Assembly (NCBI GenBank): GCA_032249735.1
Contig: JAVVHA010000004.1
Location: 27,268 to 91,267 of the forward strand
Length of the DNA: 64,000 nucleotides
Origin: Dehalococcoidia bacterium
GTDB taxonomy: Bacteria > Chloroflexota > Dehalococcoidia > SM23-28-2 > HRBIN24
Direction of reading: 5' to 3'
The notes under the pieces are model-generated. The model was not told where the DNA came from, searched no databases, and worked only from the letters and a program-made list of their open reading frames with translations. Shown in pieces: positions 8,992-18,700 of this stretch. How positions within the stretch are numbered: position 1 is the stretch's first letter; each line of letters begins with the position of its first letter. Both the position numbers and the translations under genes were made by a program.

Positions 8992-9057
8992 CGGACTAAC
9001 GGGAATCGGCGGTGGGTATGGCTGGCCTGCAGGTCCCCGGGGCGTCACCTATGTGGA

Positions 9058-9149
9058 TGGCGGAGGGAGCGGGATTCGAACCCGCGAGGGGGCTTTCGCC
9101 CCCCACCCGCTTAGCAGGCGGGCGCACTCGGCCACTGTGCGATCCCTCC
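9058..9149 (-). tRNA. tRNA-Ser (anticodon GCU), class II with long variable arm, CCA encoded
   Basis: The reverse complement folds by hand. Acceptor GGAGGGA/TCCCTCC, D stem GCAC/GTGC, anticodon stem CCCGC/GCGGG with loop CTGCTAA. Variable arm GGGGGC-GAAA-GCCCCC, T arm GCGGG-TTCGAAT-CCCGC, 3' GCCA. Confidence 0.95.
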
Positions 9150-9249
9150 GCCTGCCATCAACAATGTACAGCGTTGCCAGGCCCACAGGCAAGACCCTTA
9201 CACCGACCCCCTTCTTTGGTGACCCCCTCCCTGATATACTCGCTAGCAA

Positions 9250-9966
9250 ATGGCGCGTCCATCAGCTGCAGGGCGGGGAGAAAGCTCCCCCTTCCTTGTC
9301 CACGACTTCCATACCCACTCCACCCTCTCCGATGGCGCCCTCTCCCCATTGGAGCTCATCCGGCGGGCTACAGTGGCAGGCTATGTGGCCATAGCCATCA
9401 CCGACCATGCCGGCCCCGGCTCCCTGGAGCGGCTGATAAGGGAGGTGGAGCGGGACTGCCAGGTGGCCATGGGAGAGTGGGGCATCGTTGCCTTGCCAGG
9501 GGTGGAGCTGACCCATGTGCCCCCTGGGGCCATCGCCGAGGCAGCGGCCGCCGCTCGCCGCGCCGGTGCCCTGGTGGTGGTAGTCCACGGTGAGACCGTG
9601 GACGAGCCGGTGGCCCCAGGCACCAACCGGGCAGCCATCGAGTGTGGGGAGGTAGACATCCTGGCCCACCCCGGCCTCATCACCTGGGAGGATGCCCAGC
9701 TGGCAGCCCAAAAGGGCGTCTTTCTGGAGCTCTCGGCCAAGCCGGCTCATGCTGTGGCCAATGGGCATGTGGCCCGCATGGCCAAAATGGCTGGGGCAAG
9801 GCTCCTGGTGAGCTCCGATAACCACGCCCTGGACTTCCTCACTCCGCAACGCATCCGCCAGGTCATCCTGGGCGCTGGCCTCACCGAGGACGATGTGGAG
9901 GAAATAGGGATAAGAAATCCCCACCTTCTGCTGGAGAGGGCGCTAGGGCGGGCACGAGCTCGTTGA
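9250..9966 (+). CDS. PHP-domain (histidinol-phosphatase-like) metal-dependent phosphoesterase
   Basis: DFHTHSTLSDG at the N-terminus, then ITDHA, VELTH, VVHGE, LAHP and SSDNH His/Asp clusters typical of the PHP fold. Start uncertain. Confidence 0.7.
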   Translation: MARPSAAGRGESSPFLVHDFHTHSTLSDGALSPLELIRRATVAGYVAIAITDHAGPGSLERLIREVERDCQVAMGEWGIVALPGVELTHVPPGAIAEAAAAARRAGALVVVVHGETVDEPVAPGTNRAAIECGEVDILAHPGLITWEDAQLAAQKGVFLELSAKPAHAVANGHVARMAKMAGARLLVSSDNHALDFLTPQRIRQVILGAGLTEDDVEEIGIRNPHLLLERALGRARAR

Positions 9967-9967
9967 T

Positions 9968-9995
9968 GGGGGCGGCAGGGGCCCCCACCGCCCCC
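9968..9995. terminator. GC-rich hairpin between convergent genes (possible bidirectional terminator, no clear U-tract)
   Basis: GGGGGCGG (9968-9975) pairs with CCGCCCCC (9988-9995). Begins 2 nt after the PHP stop codon. Confidence 0.3.
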
Positions 9996-10008
9996 TACCT
10001 CCGAGGCT

Positions 10009-10149
10009 CTAGCCCTTGCCTATCCGGTACATGACCGTCCCACACACTGGGCAAGTGCCTTTGGTGGCGGGACGGCCATTCTTAAGGGTTACGGGCTGGG
10101 GGTTGCGCATCTCGCGCATAGCGCGACACTTGAGACAGTAGGCCTGCAT
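10009..10149 (-). CDS. DUF5679-like zinc-ribbon mini-protein (46 aa); below the ORF-track cut-off
   Basis: My translation: MQAYCLKCRAMREMRNPQPVTLKNGRPATKGTCPVCGTVMYRIGKG. CxxC...CxxC, with GGAGGTG about 6 nt upstream of the ATG. Confidence 0.75.
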   Translation of the reverse strand: MQAYCLKCRAMREMRNPQPVTLKNGRPATKGTCPVCGTVMYRIGKG

Positions 10150-10248
10150 CTTCACACCTCCCGACTATGGTATTGGTCAGGTCGTGCGACCTGCCTTTGG
10201 CCCCTAGGATATGAATATCAGCATCCTTGTCAATACGTTTGCGGCCCC

Positions 10249-11142
10249 TCATGAGGGGGACAACAGCACCGTCTTAGGGCGCCAAAGGCCCGCCGCCCCA
10301 TCCCAGCGCATGATGGCCACCAGCGAGCCATCGGGCCCGTGGGCCCGTGCCCACCCCCCCTCGCCAGGCCCAGGGCGGCGTATGGGGCGACCATGGGCCA
10401 CCGCCATAGCCTCCTCTCCATCCAGGGTGAGGGACGGCAGATGAGGAAGGGCAGCCTCCAATGGCACCAGGTAGGCCCGCCAGGTCTCGCTTCGGGAGGC
10501 GTCCTCCAACTGGCGCAGAGGCACGGCCTGTTCTATAGTGAAGGGCCCTACGGCTGTGCGCACTAGGGCCTGCACATGGGCGCCACACCCCAGGCGCACG
10601 CCTAGGTCGTGCACCAGGGAGCGCACATAGGCGCCCTGCCCACACTCCACCTCCAACACCACCTCCGGGCCCTGGAATCGGATCACCTTAATCCGGTGGA
10701 CCTCCACCCAGCGAGGGGAGAGCTGCACAGACTGGCCGGCCCGCACATACGAGTAGGCGGGACGCCCCCTTACCTTGATGGCGCTATAGGGGGGCGGGGT
10801 CTGCAGGATGCGGCCCACCATGGACGAAAGGGCCTCCTGCAGGGCCTCCAGGCTCACATGGGAGGGGTCGGCTCCCCAGGTGGGCTCCCCCTCGGCGTCG
10901 TAGGTGGTGGTGGCCTGGCCCAGGCGCACCCATATGCGATAGGTCTTGGGGAGGGATAGGAGGTAAGGGGAGAGGCGAGTGGCCCTCCCTAAAAGGATGA
11001 GGAGGACGCCCCCGGCCAAGGGGTCGAGGGTGCCGGCGTGGCCCACCTTCCTCAGCCCCAGTAGGCGGCGCAGACGGGCAACCACGGCGAAGGATGAGGG
11101 GCCTGGAGGTTTGTCCAGGTTGATGAGTCCGTCGCTCTCCAA
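10249..11142 (-). CDS. truB: tRNA pseudouridine(55) synthase
   Basis: GLINLDKPPGPSS, KVGHAGTLDPLAGGVLLILLG, and a C-terminal PUA-like region. Sits in the conserved nusA-infB-rbfA-truB context. Confidence 0.95.
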   Translation of the reverse strand: MESDGLINLDKPPGPSSFAVVARLRRLLGLRKVGHAGTLDPLAGGVLLILLGRATRLSPYLLSLPKTYRIWVRLGQATTTYDAEGEPTWGADPSHVSLEALQEALSSMVGRILQTPPPYSAIKVRGRPAYSYVRAGQSVQLSPRWVEVHRIKVIRFQGPEVVLEVECGQGAYVRSLVHDLGVRLGCGAHVQALVRTAVGPFTIEQAVPLRQLEDASRSETWRAYLVPLEAALPHLPSLTLDGEEAMAVAHGRPIRRPGPGEGGWARAHGPDGSLVAIMRWDGAAGLWRPKTVLLSPS

Positions 11143-11145
11143 GGC

Positions 11146-11499
11146 CTAGGCCCCGCCCTTGCGGGAGAGCTGGTCTATGATGCGCAAAAGACGATCCCCC
11201 TCCTCCAAGGATTCGTCCAGATGGAAGTGGAGCAGAGGGATGCGGCGCAGGACCACTCTCTGGCCCAGGAGGTGGCGCATGTAGGGAGCGGCCCCCTTAA
11301 GGGCTGCCAGGGCTGCCTCCTTCTCTTCCTCTTGCCCTAGGACGCTCACGTAGACCCGGGCGTGCTGCAGGTCAGGGGTCACCTCCACCCTAGTGATGGT
11401 GATGATCTGGAGGAGGCGGGGGTCGCGCAGCTCGCGGCGCAGGAGCTCAGCAAGCTCCTGGCGGAAGAGGGCCCCCAATCTTTCGGTGCGCCTGGTCAT
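11146..11499 (-). CDS. rbfA: Ribosome-binding factor A
   Basis: 117 aa. RTERLGALFRQELAELL...ITITRVEVTPDLQHARVYVS. Confidence 0.95.
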   Translation of the reverse strand: MTRRTERLGALFRQELAELLRRELRDPRLLQIITITRVEVTPDLQHARVYVSVLGQEEEKEAALAALKGAAPYMRHLLGQRVVLRRIPLLHFHLDESLEEGDRLLRIIDQLSRKGGA

Positions 11500-11520
11500 G
11501 GCACCACCCCCACCAACCTC

Positions 11521-13287
11521 TTAGCCCTTGGGCTGGCGGCGGAAGGTCTCGATGGTGTCCCCTTCCTGGAAGTCCTGGAACCCCTCTACTCCCACCCCGC
11601 ACTCGTAGCCGGCAGCCACCTCCCGCACGTCCTCCTGGAAGCGGCGGAGGCTGGCGATGCGGGAGGTGTGGATGACCTCCCCACCGCGGATGACGCGGCA
11701 GGGGGCGCCACGGACGATGACCCCCTCCCGCACATAGCAGCCGGCCACCCGCCCCTGGCGGACGCGGAAGACGGCCCGCACCTCCGCCCTCCCCTCCACC
11801 ACCTCCACCATCTCCGGCTCCAGCAGCCCCGCCAAGGCCTTCTGCATGTCGTCCACCATCTCGTAGATGATGCGGTAGTAGCGTATCTGGATGCCCTTCT
11901 CCTCCGCCTCCCGGCGGGCCCCAGGCTCGGCCCGCACCTGGAAGGCGATGATGATGGCCTTGGAAGCCTCGGCCAGGAGGACGTCCGACTCGGTGACGTT
12001 GCCGGTGGCGGCGTGGAGGATGTTGATGCGGGCCCTGTCCGTCTCCAGACGCTCCAGGGCGTTACGAATGGCGTCCACGGAGCCCTGGACGTCGGCCCGT
12101 ACGATGACGTTGAGCTCCTTGACCTGACCGGCGGCGATCTGACCCGCCAGTTCCTCCAAGGTAAGGGCGTGGGCGGCACGGGCGGCCTGCTTCTCCTGGC
12201 GCCTCCTCTCCACCAGCTGACGGGCGGAGGCCTCGTCCTTTACCGCCCGCAGGATGTCGCCAGCGTGGGGCACCTCCTCCAGGCCCATGATCTTGACAGG
12301 GGTGGAGGGGCCAGCCTCTCGCACCTGGCGCCCCCACTCGTCGAACATGGCCTTGACCTTACCCCAGGTCTCGCCGGCCACCACCACGTCCCCCACCCGC
12401 AGGGTGCCCTTTTGGACGATGACAGTGGCCATGGGGCCGCGGCGAGGGTCCAGCTCCGCCTCAATGATGGTGCCCACCGCCGGACGGTCGGGGTTGGCCT
12501 TGAGCTCGGCGATCTCGGCTACCAGGATGATGTGCTCCAGCAGGTCTTGCACCCCCTGGCCCGTTTTGGCCGAGATGGGGAGGGCGATGACATCCCCGCC
12601 CCACTCCTCGATGATGAGGCCATGCTCGGCCAGCTGCCGCTTCACCCGCTCGGGGTCGGCCCCCGGCAGGTCCATCTTGTTGATAGCCACGATGATGGGG
12701 ACGCCCGCGGCCTTGGCGTGGTTTATGGCCTCCACCGTCTGAGGCATGACGCCATCGTCGGCGGCCACCACCAGCACGGCGATGTCCGTCACCTGGGCGC
12801 CGCGGGCCCGCAGGGCAGTGAAGGCCTCATGGCCTGGGGTATCGATGAAGGTGATCTTATGGCCCTCCACCTCCACCTGGTAGGCGCCGATGTGCTGGGT
12901 GATCTGGCCCACCTCTTGGGCAGCCACGTTGGTCTTGCGGATGTAGTCCAGGAGGGTGGTCTTGCCGTGGTCTACGTGCCCCATGACGGTGACCACCGGC
13001 GGCCGCGGCCGCAGCTTCTGAGGGTCATCCTCCTCCTCTTCCTTGGGGAGGGCAGCGGGGGCCTCCTCCTCAGGAAGGGGCTGAAGGCCTAGCTCCTGGG
13101 CCAAAGCGGCAGCTGCTTCGTATTCCACCGCTTGGTTGATGTTGGCCATAATGCCCCGCCGCATGAGCCCCTTTATGACCTCGATGGGGGAGATGCCTAG
13201 CCTCTCCCCCAGCTCCCTTACAGTGATGGTGGGGGGCAGGGTCACCGTCCGCGTCTCTGCCTGGCTGCGCTCCACTGGCGTGGTCAT
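11521..13287 (-). CDS. infB: Translation initiation factor IF-2 (short form, 588 aa)
   Basis: G-domain motifs [20 protein letters not shown] and NKMD, followed by the C-terminal IF2 domains. Confidence 0.97.
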   Translation of the reverse strand: MTTPVERSQAETRTVTLPPTITVRELGERLGISPIEVIKGLMRRGIMANINQAVEYEAAAALAQELGLQPLPEEEAPAALPKEEEEDDPQKLRPRPPVVTVMGHVDHGKTTLLDYIRKTNVAAQEVGQITQHIGAYQVEVEGHKITFIDTPGHEAFTALRARGAQVTDIAVLVVAADDGVMPQTVEAINHAKAAGVPIIVAINKMDLPGADPERVKRQLAEHGLIIEEWGGDVIALPISAKTGQGVQDLLEHIILVAEIAELKANPDRPAVGTIIEAELDPRRGPMATVIVQKGTLRVGDVVVAGETWGKVKAMFDEWGRQVREAGPSTPVKIMGLEEVPHAGDILRAVKDEASARQLVERRRQEKQAARAAHALTLEELAGQIAAGQVKELNVIVRADVQGSVDAIRNALERLETDRARINILHAATGNVTESDVLLAEASKAIIIAFQVRAEPGARREAEEKGIQIRYYRIIYEMVDDMQKALAGLLEPEMVEVVEGRAEVRAVFRVRQGRVAGCYVREGVIVRGAPCRVIRGGEVIHTSRIASLRRFQEDVREVAAGYECGVGVEGFQDFQEGDTIETFRRQPKG

Positions 13288-13571
13288 GACGCCACCTTCT
13301 CCTTAAAGGCTTGGGCATAGGCCAGGAGGGCCTGGCGCTCCTGGGGGCCGATGGTGGTGCGCAAGGCACGAGCCAGGCGGTCCTTCTTGAGGGCCTCCTC
13401 CCAGCAGTGGTAGCGGGGGCAGATGTACGCACCCCGCCCCGACTTCTTACCAGTGGGGTCCACCTCCACCTTCCCCTCCAACGTGCGAACGATGCGCACC
13501 AGCTCCCGCTTAGCAGTGACGCCTCGGCACCCCACGCAGGTGCGCATGGGCACATGCTTCCCTCTGGCCAT
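13284..13571 (-). CDS. ylxR: YlxR/RnpM family (DUF448) RNA-binding protein
   Basis: [21 protein letters not shown]...GRGAYICP. Lies between nusA and infB as usual. Confidence 0.9.
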   Translation of the reverse strand: MARGKHVPMRTCVGCRGVTAKRELVRIVRTLEGKVEVDPTGKKSGRGAYICPRYHCWEEALKKDRLARALRTTIGPQERQALLAYAQAFKEKVAS

Positions 13572-13574
13572 CCC

Positions 13575-14930
13575 CTAAAGCTCCTCCCACTCCTCCAGGA
13601 GCTCCTCTTCCTCGTCCGTGGGGCGGGGGCGGCGTCCCTTCTTGCGCTTGGCCTTTACCTCCTCCTTCTCCAGTCGACGCCGCTCCCCCAGCACCTCCTC
13701 GGCGAAGCGGATGACGGGGCGAGCCGTTGGCTGAGGCGCGGCCACCTCCTCGGCGGGGGCCTCAGAGGGGGCCTCGGCAGGGGCTTCGGCCATGGGGGCC
13801 TCCACAGCCACCACCTCTTCCCGTTCTATGACCTCCTCCCAAGGCTGCAATGGTCGTCTCTCCTCAACGACAGCCCCCACTTTGGGGGCGGCCAGCCGCT
13901 CCACCATGGACTCGGGCTTGATATCGATGCGCCAGCCCGTGAGCTTGGCCGCCAGGCGGGCGTTCTGCCCCTCCTTGCCGATGGCCAGGGAGAGCTGTTT
14001 ATCGGGCACCACCACCACCGCCGTGTTGGTCTCCTCCTGCACGATGACACGGCTCACCTGGGCGGGGCTGAGGGCGTTGGCCACGAAGCGGGCGGGGTCC
14101 TTGTCCCACTCCACCACATCGATGCGCTCACCCCCCAGCTCCTGGATGACGTTCTGGATGCGCAGGCCGCGCAGGCCCACGCAGGCCCCCACGGGGTCCA
14201 CCCCCGCCTGGCGGGCGGCCACTGCCACCTTGCTGCGCTGGCCCGGCTCGCGGGCCACCGCCTTTATCTCCACTAGGCCCCGCGCCACCTCCGGCACCTC
14301 CAGCTCCAGCAACCTCTTCACCAGGTTCTTGTGGGTGCGGGAGAGGATGAGCTGGGGACCCTTGGGGGTGCGCTGGACCTCCAGCAGGTAGAACTTCATG
14401 CGCTGCCCAGGCCGGTACTGCTCGCCCCGCACCTGCTCCGAGGCCGGCAGGATAGCCTCTGTCCGCCCCAAGTCCACCACCACCTGACGCGGCTCCACCC
14501 GCTGGATGACGCCCGATACCACTTCCCCTTCGCGGGCCGAGAACTCCTCGTAGACCCGGTCCCGCTCCGCCTCCCGCAGCTTCTGCAGGACCACCTGCTT
14601 GGCCGTCTGGGCGGCAATGCGCCCCGCCCCCTGAGGTGTCACCTCTGTGGTGATGACGTCGCCGATGCGGGCGTTGGGCTTTATGCGGCGCGCCTCCTCC
14701 AGGGAGATCTCCGTCTTGGGGTCCGTCACCTCCTCCACCACGGTGCGGTGCTGGTAGACATGGACGGTGCCCCGCTCGGGGTCGATGCGCACCGATATGT
14801 TGCCCTGCAGGCCAGCATCCTTCTTATAGGCTGAGACGAGGGCGGCCTCCACCGCCCTCAGCACCACCTCCCTGGGGAGGTTCTTCTCCGCCGCCAACTG
14901 GGTGATGGCGATCAGGAACTCGCTCTTCAT
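13575..14930 (-). CDS. nusA: Transcription termination/antitermination factor NusA
   Basis: N-terminal [10 protein letters not shown]1 and KH regions ([35 protein letters not shown]) and an acidic C-terminal tail. Confidence 0.97.
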   Translation of the reverse strand: MKSEFLIAITQLAAEKNLPREVVLRAVEAALVSAYKKDAGLQGNISVRIDPERGTVHVYQHRTVVEEVTDPKTEISLEEARRIKPNARIGDVITTEVTPQGAGRIAAQTAKQVVLQKLREAERDRVYEEFSAREGEVVSGVIQRVEPRQVVVDLGRTEAILPASEQVRGEQYRPGQRMKFYLLEVQRTPKGPQLILSRTHKNLVKRLLELEVPEVARGLVEIKAVAREPGQRSKVAVAARQAGVDPVGACVGLRGLRIQNVIQELGGERIDVVEWDKDPARFVANALSPAQVSRVIVQEETNTAVVVVPDKQLSLAIGKEGQNARLAAKLTGWRIDIKPESMVERLAAPKVGAVVEERRPLQPWEEVIEREEVVAVEAPMAEAPAEAPSEAPAEEVAAPQPTARPVIRFAEEVLGERRRLEKEEVKAKRKKGRRPRPTDEEEELLEEWEEL

Positions 14931-14966
14931 CCTGGCTTCGCCTCCACCACGCCCCCAAGAATTGAA

Positions 14967-14989
14967 AGAGGTGGGTGAGCCCCACCTCT
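14967..14989 (-). terminator. Candidate intrinsic terminator after the MidA-like gene
   Basis: On the minus strand: AGAGGTGGG-GCTCA-CCCACCTCT (9-bp perfect stem), followed by TTCAATTCTT. Confidence 0.45.
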
Positions 14990-15047
14990 GGGCCTGGGCT
15001 ATTCCTCACAAATGTTAACACGCTCAGGCGATGGGCGCAAGGCCTCC

Positions 15048-16178
15048 CTATCCGTGGAGGCCCTGCAGGCGGCACGGCCCCACCCCCTTCTCGAGGACGA
15101 GCACCCGCAGGCGGCCCAGCCCCGCCGGGTCCATGAGCTCGCTGATGGCCCGCCGGCGGGCCAAGAACTCCTCTGGGTCCAGCCCTGGGGCGCGCAAGGC
15201 GTCCTCAATGCCCAGGCGGGCCAGGAAGTGGGCCTGGTCGGTGAGGCCTAGGGGGCGTAGCCCCACCTCTTGCCCTGCCTCCATGAGGGTGGTGAAGTCC
15301 ACCTGGGCGGTCATGTCCTGGGCGCCGGGGCGCAGGTAGGGGCTAGGGGAGGGGCGGTGGCGGTAGAAGCACATGAGGGTGCCGTCCCGCCGCCAGGGGG
15401 CGTACAGCTCGGGCGCCTCATAGCCGTAGTCGATGATGAGGGCAAAGCCCCTGGAAAGCCTCTGCCCCACCCACCGCATGAAGGAGGGAGCTTCCAGGTT
15501 CACCTCCGCATAACACCCCTCCCCAGGCAGAAGGCCCAGGCGCCGGAAGTAGGCAGCGATGTCGGGGGTGGAGAGGGGGCCCAACTCCTCCCGTAGGGCC
15601 CGGCCGTCCCAGCCCACATATACCTCCAATAGCTCCTCCCCCTGCCTATAGACGCGGTGCGCGGGGAAGGCGTCCACCACCTCGTTGGCCAGGATGCACC
15701 CCACCACCGAGGCAGGGGGAAGATCCCTAGGGAAGGAGGCCCTCCCCCCAAAGCCAGCGGCGACCAAGGTGCGGCGGGCCAGGCCCCGCAGATACGGGCT
15801 CCGCTCCACCACAATATAGCGCAGGGCCCGGTAGAAAAGTGGACGGTGCCGCCTGGCCCAGGCCAGGATGCCCCGCGCCAGGGCCCCCGTCCCTCCCCCC
15901 ACCTCCACCACCTGAAAGGGATGGGGACAGCCCATGACCTCCCACATCTGGTGGAGCTGGCGCCCCAGCAGGACAGGGAAGACGGGCCCTAGCTCGGGGC
16001 TGGTGAGGTAGTCGCCACCGTGGCCCATGGGAGGACGAGGGGCAGCGTAGTAGCCATACCGCGGGTGATAGAGACATATCTCCATGTAGTCGCGAAACGT
16101 TATAGGCCCCCAGCGGCGGATGCGACGAGCCAGGGCCTCCACCAGCGCTCTGCTGCCATCCTCCTGGAACTCGTCCAT
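15048..16178 (-). CDS. Class I SAM-dependent methyltransferase, MidA/NDUFAF7 (DUF185) family
   Basis: ITFRDYMEICLYHPRYGYY, GDYLTSPELGPVF, and VEVGGGTGALA (SAM motif I). Confidence 0.8.
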   Translation of the reverse strand: MDEFQEDGSRALVEALARRIRRWGPITFRDYMEICLYHPRYGYYAAPRPPMGHGGDYLTSPELGPVFPVLLGRQLHQMWEVMGCPHPFQVVEVGGGTGALARGILAWARRHRPLFYRALRYIVVERSPYLRGLARRTLVAAGFGGRASFPRDLPPASVVGCILANEVVDAFPAHRVYRQGEELLEVYVGWDGRALREELGPLSTPDIAAYFRRLGLLPGEGCYAEVNLEAPSFMRWVGQRLSRGFALIIDYGYEAPELYAPWRRDGTLMCFYRHRPSPSPYLRPGAQDMTAQVDFTTLMEAGQEVGLRPLGLTDQAHFLARLGIEDALRAPGLDPEEFLARRRAISELMDPAGLGRLRVLVLEKGVGPCRLQGLHG

Positions 16179-16268
16179 GGCCTTTCCATCTTATCCCGCC
16201 GCCCTTGGGCCTTGCCACCGCCACCCCAAGGGCGTTATCATGGCCGAGAGAAGTTGCATCCAGAGCAA

Positions 16269-16730
16269 ATGATGGACAGAGAGCAACTGCTGGAGGAGGG
16301 CTTTCTGCTGTTGGCCCGCCTCTTGGCATGGGCCGACCCCAGCCGGCTGGAGGAGTGGGCGGAGCTGGGGCTCACCATCACTCAGATCCGCATCCTGTTC
16401 ATGCTGCGGCGGCTGCCGGGCCCCTCCGCCCGTCAGCTGGCTCAGGAGCTGGAGGTGAGCCCCTCCACCCTTACTCGGATCATGGACCGCTTGGAGAGGC
16501 ACGGCCTGGTGCGGCGGGTCACCGACCGTCAGGACCGGCGCCAGGTGCGTCACCTCCTCACCCCTAAGGGGCGGGAGATGGTGGCCCGCCTGGAACAGAC
16601 GGGCCGTGCCCGCCTGGGGGGCCTCATGTCCCGCCTCTCTTCGGACGAGCTGCAGCAGGTGGTGGAGGCCTTGCGCATCCTCCACCGGTCTATAGCCCAG
16701 GAGGAGGGGACGGAGGCGGTGAGACCATGA
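16269..16730 (+). CDS. MarR-family transcriptional regulator
   Basis: wHTH core LTITQIRILFMLRRLPGPSARQLAQELEVSPSTLTRIMDRLERHGLVRRVTDRQDRRQV. Start trimmed to the ATG at 16269. Its stop overlaps the MFS start (ATGA). Confidence 0.85.
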   Translation: MMDREQLLEEGFLLLARLLAWADPSRLEEWAELGLTITQIRILFMLRRLPGPSARQLAQELEVSPSTLTRIMDRLERHGLVRRVTDRQDRRQVRHLLTPKGREMVARLEQTGRARLGGLMSRLSSDELQQVVEALRILHRSIAQEEGTEAVRP

Positions 16731-18700
16731 TGGCAGCGGTGGAGAGCCTATCCCAGTTGAGCACCCGGGCCAAGGCCCTGGCGGTGGCTGGGGCCATGAT
16801 GGCCATGTTCACGGCGGCCATGGACCAGACGCTGGTGGGCACGGCCATGCCTCGCATCGTGGGGAGCCTGGGGGGACTTGGCCTCTTCCCATGGGTCTTC
16901 ACCGCCTACATGGTCTCCTCCACCACCGTGGTACCCATAGTGGGTAGGCTTACGGACATGTATGGCCGCAAGCCCTTCTATCTGGCGGGCATCGCCGTGC
17001 TGGTGGCGGGATCCATGTTGGCGGGCCTCTCCTCCAGCATGCCCCAGCTCATCGCCTTCCGCGCCCTGCAGGGAATAGGGGGAGGGATGGTGATGGGCAT
17101 CACCTTCATCGTGGTCGGCGACCTCTTCCCTCCCGCCGAGAGGAGCAAGTATGTGGGGCTGTTCACCGGGGTGTTCGCCGCCGCCAGCGTCCTGGGCCCC
17201 CTCATCGGTGGCGCCCTTACCGACTACGTCCACTGGCGGTGGGTGTTCTATGTGAACTTCCCCCTGGGGGCCATGGCCATGTTGGCGGTAGCGGTGGGGC
17301 TGCCGGCGGTGCGGCCCGTAGCCCAGGGGACGGCGCCGGACTGGTGGGGTTTTGCCTTGCTTCCGGCGTTGGTGGTGCCCTTGCTGTTGGCCCTCTCTTG
17401 GGGCGGGAGCCGGTTCCAGTGGCTCTCGCTGCCCATGGCCTCCATGTTCGGGGCAGTGGCCCTCCTGCTGATCCTGTTCGTGGTGGTTGAGAGGAGGGCA
17501 GCCTGGCCGGTCCTGCCCTTGTCCCTGCTGGGCAACCAAGTGTTCGCCGTGGCAGCAGCCATCTCCTTCCTATTGGGGACGTCCATGTTTGGTGCCATAT
17601 CCTTCATCCCCATGTTCGTGCAAGGGGTGTTGGGGGCATCGGCTACCAATTCGGGGCTCATCACCATGCCCCTGACAGTGGCCTTGGCCCTATCCAGCAC
17701 CTTGGGGGGCCAGGTGATAGCCCGGTTGGGCCGCTATAAGTTGGTCAACCTGTTGGGGCTGGCGGTAGTGGCGCTGGCCGTCTACCTCTTCTCCCGGATA
17801 GGCATCACCACCGCCAGGGCGGAGGTGACACGGAACATGGTCATACTGGGCACGGGGATGGGGCTGACCCTGCCCGTCCTCACCCTGGCTGTGCAGAACG
17901 CTGTGCCCTATAGGATGTTGGGCATAGCCACCTCCTCCATCCAGTTCATCCGGCAGGTGGGGGCGGTGATGGGGGTGGCGCTGCTAGGCTCACGCCTCAA
18001 TGCCGTCTTCGCCCAGCAGCTGGCCCAGGGCATGCCTCCAGAGCTCCGATCCCTGCCGCCGGAGATGTCTTCCATTCTACGTAACCCCGACTTCTTCCTG
18101 AGCCCACAGCGGATGGCCGCCCTGCAGGAGCGCTTTGCTGCCCTAGGAGGGAGGGGGATGGAGCTGTTCGAGGCCTTGCTGGGGACGGTGCGCTTGGCGC
18201 TGGCGTCGGGCATCGCCGAGGCCTTTGCCATCGCCCTTTTCCTCTCCCTGCCGAGCCTGGCCCTGGGCCTGCTGCTTAAGGAGATACCGCTGCGCAAGGC
18301 CCACGTGGTGGAGCCGGAGCGGCCCGTCCTGCCTGTCCAGACGATGACCCTGCAGGGGTTCGGGGACGGCCCATCCCCTCCCGATCCTGCCCCTCCCCCG
18401 GAGGAGGCCGAGCTGAGACGCGAGGTGGCGGCGCTGCGGGAGCAGGTGGCCTATCTGCGCCAGATGGCCCATCGCCGTGCCCAGGCCCCATCCCTGACCT
18501 CCTTGCACCAGGAGGTGGACGCCCTACGCCAGGAGCTACGGCTTTTGGCACAAGAGCTCTGCCATCTCGCCCCCGGGGCCTCGCCAGCCCAAGGCGGAAG
18601 CGAGGAATGGTCTCGCCTTTTGGAGGAGATCTTGAGGGAGGTGCGGAGCCTGCGGGAGTCCCTGCAAGGGGAGTGGCGGAGACGGCTCACGCAGCACTGA
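16727..18700 (+). CDS. MFS transporter, DHA2 (EmrB/QacA-like, ~14 TMS) with a long coiled-coil C-terminal tail
   Basis: Motif A-like GRLTDMYGRKP, about 14 hydrophobic segments, and a ~140-aa heptad-like Leu/Arg/Glu-rich tail. Confidence 0.88.
   Translation: MMAAVESLSQLSTRAKALAVAGAMMAMFTAAMDQTLVGTAMPRIVGSLGGLGLFPWVFTAYMVSSTTVVPIVGRLTDMYGRKPFYLAGIAVLVAGSMLAGLSSSMPQLIAFRALQGIGGGMVMGITFIVVGDLFPPAERSKYVGLFTGVFAAASVLGPLIGGALTDYVHWRWVFYVNFPLGAMAMLAVAVGLPAVRPVAQGTAPDWWGFALLPALVVPLLLALSWGGSRFQWLSLPMASMFGAVALLLILFVVVERRAAWPVLPLSLLGNQVFAVAAAISFLLGTSMFGAISFIPMFVQGVLGASATNSGLITMPLTVALALSSTLGGQVIARLGRYKLVNLLGLAVVALAVYLFSRIGITTARAEVTRNMVILGTGMGLTLPVLTLAVQNAVPYRMLGIATSSIQFIRQVGAVMGVALLGSRLNAVFAQQLAQGMPPELRSLPPEMSSILRNPDFFLSPQRMAALQERFAALGGRGMELFEALLGTVRLALASGIAEAFAIALFLSLPSLALGLLLKEIPLRKAHVVEPERPVLPVQTMTLQGFGDGPSPPDPAPPPEEAELRREVAALREQVAYLRQMAHRRAQAPSLTSLHQEVDALRQELRLLAQELCHLAPGASPAQGGSEEWSRLLEEILREVRSLRESLQGEWRRRLTQH

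Noticed and set aside
7939-9048. 369-aa minus-strand ORF across merA, the HMA gene and the small ORF
   Set aside because: It is antisense to genes with clear catalytic motifs and has low-complexity Gly/Pro/His-rich translation. High-GC artefact.
11362-13092. 576-aa plus-strand ORF covering most of the infB locus
   Set aside because: It is antisense to an unmistakable IF-2 gene. Its composition is Gly/Leu/Asp/His-rich with no motifs. Long stop-free antisense frames are expected at this GC content.
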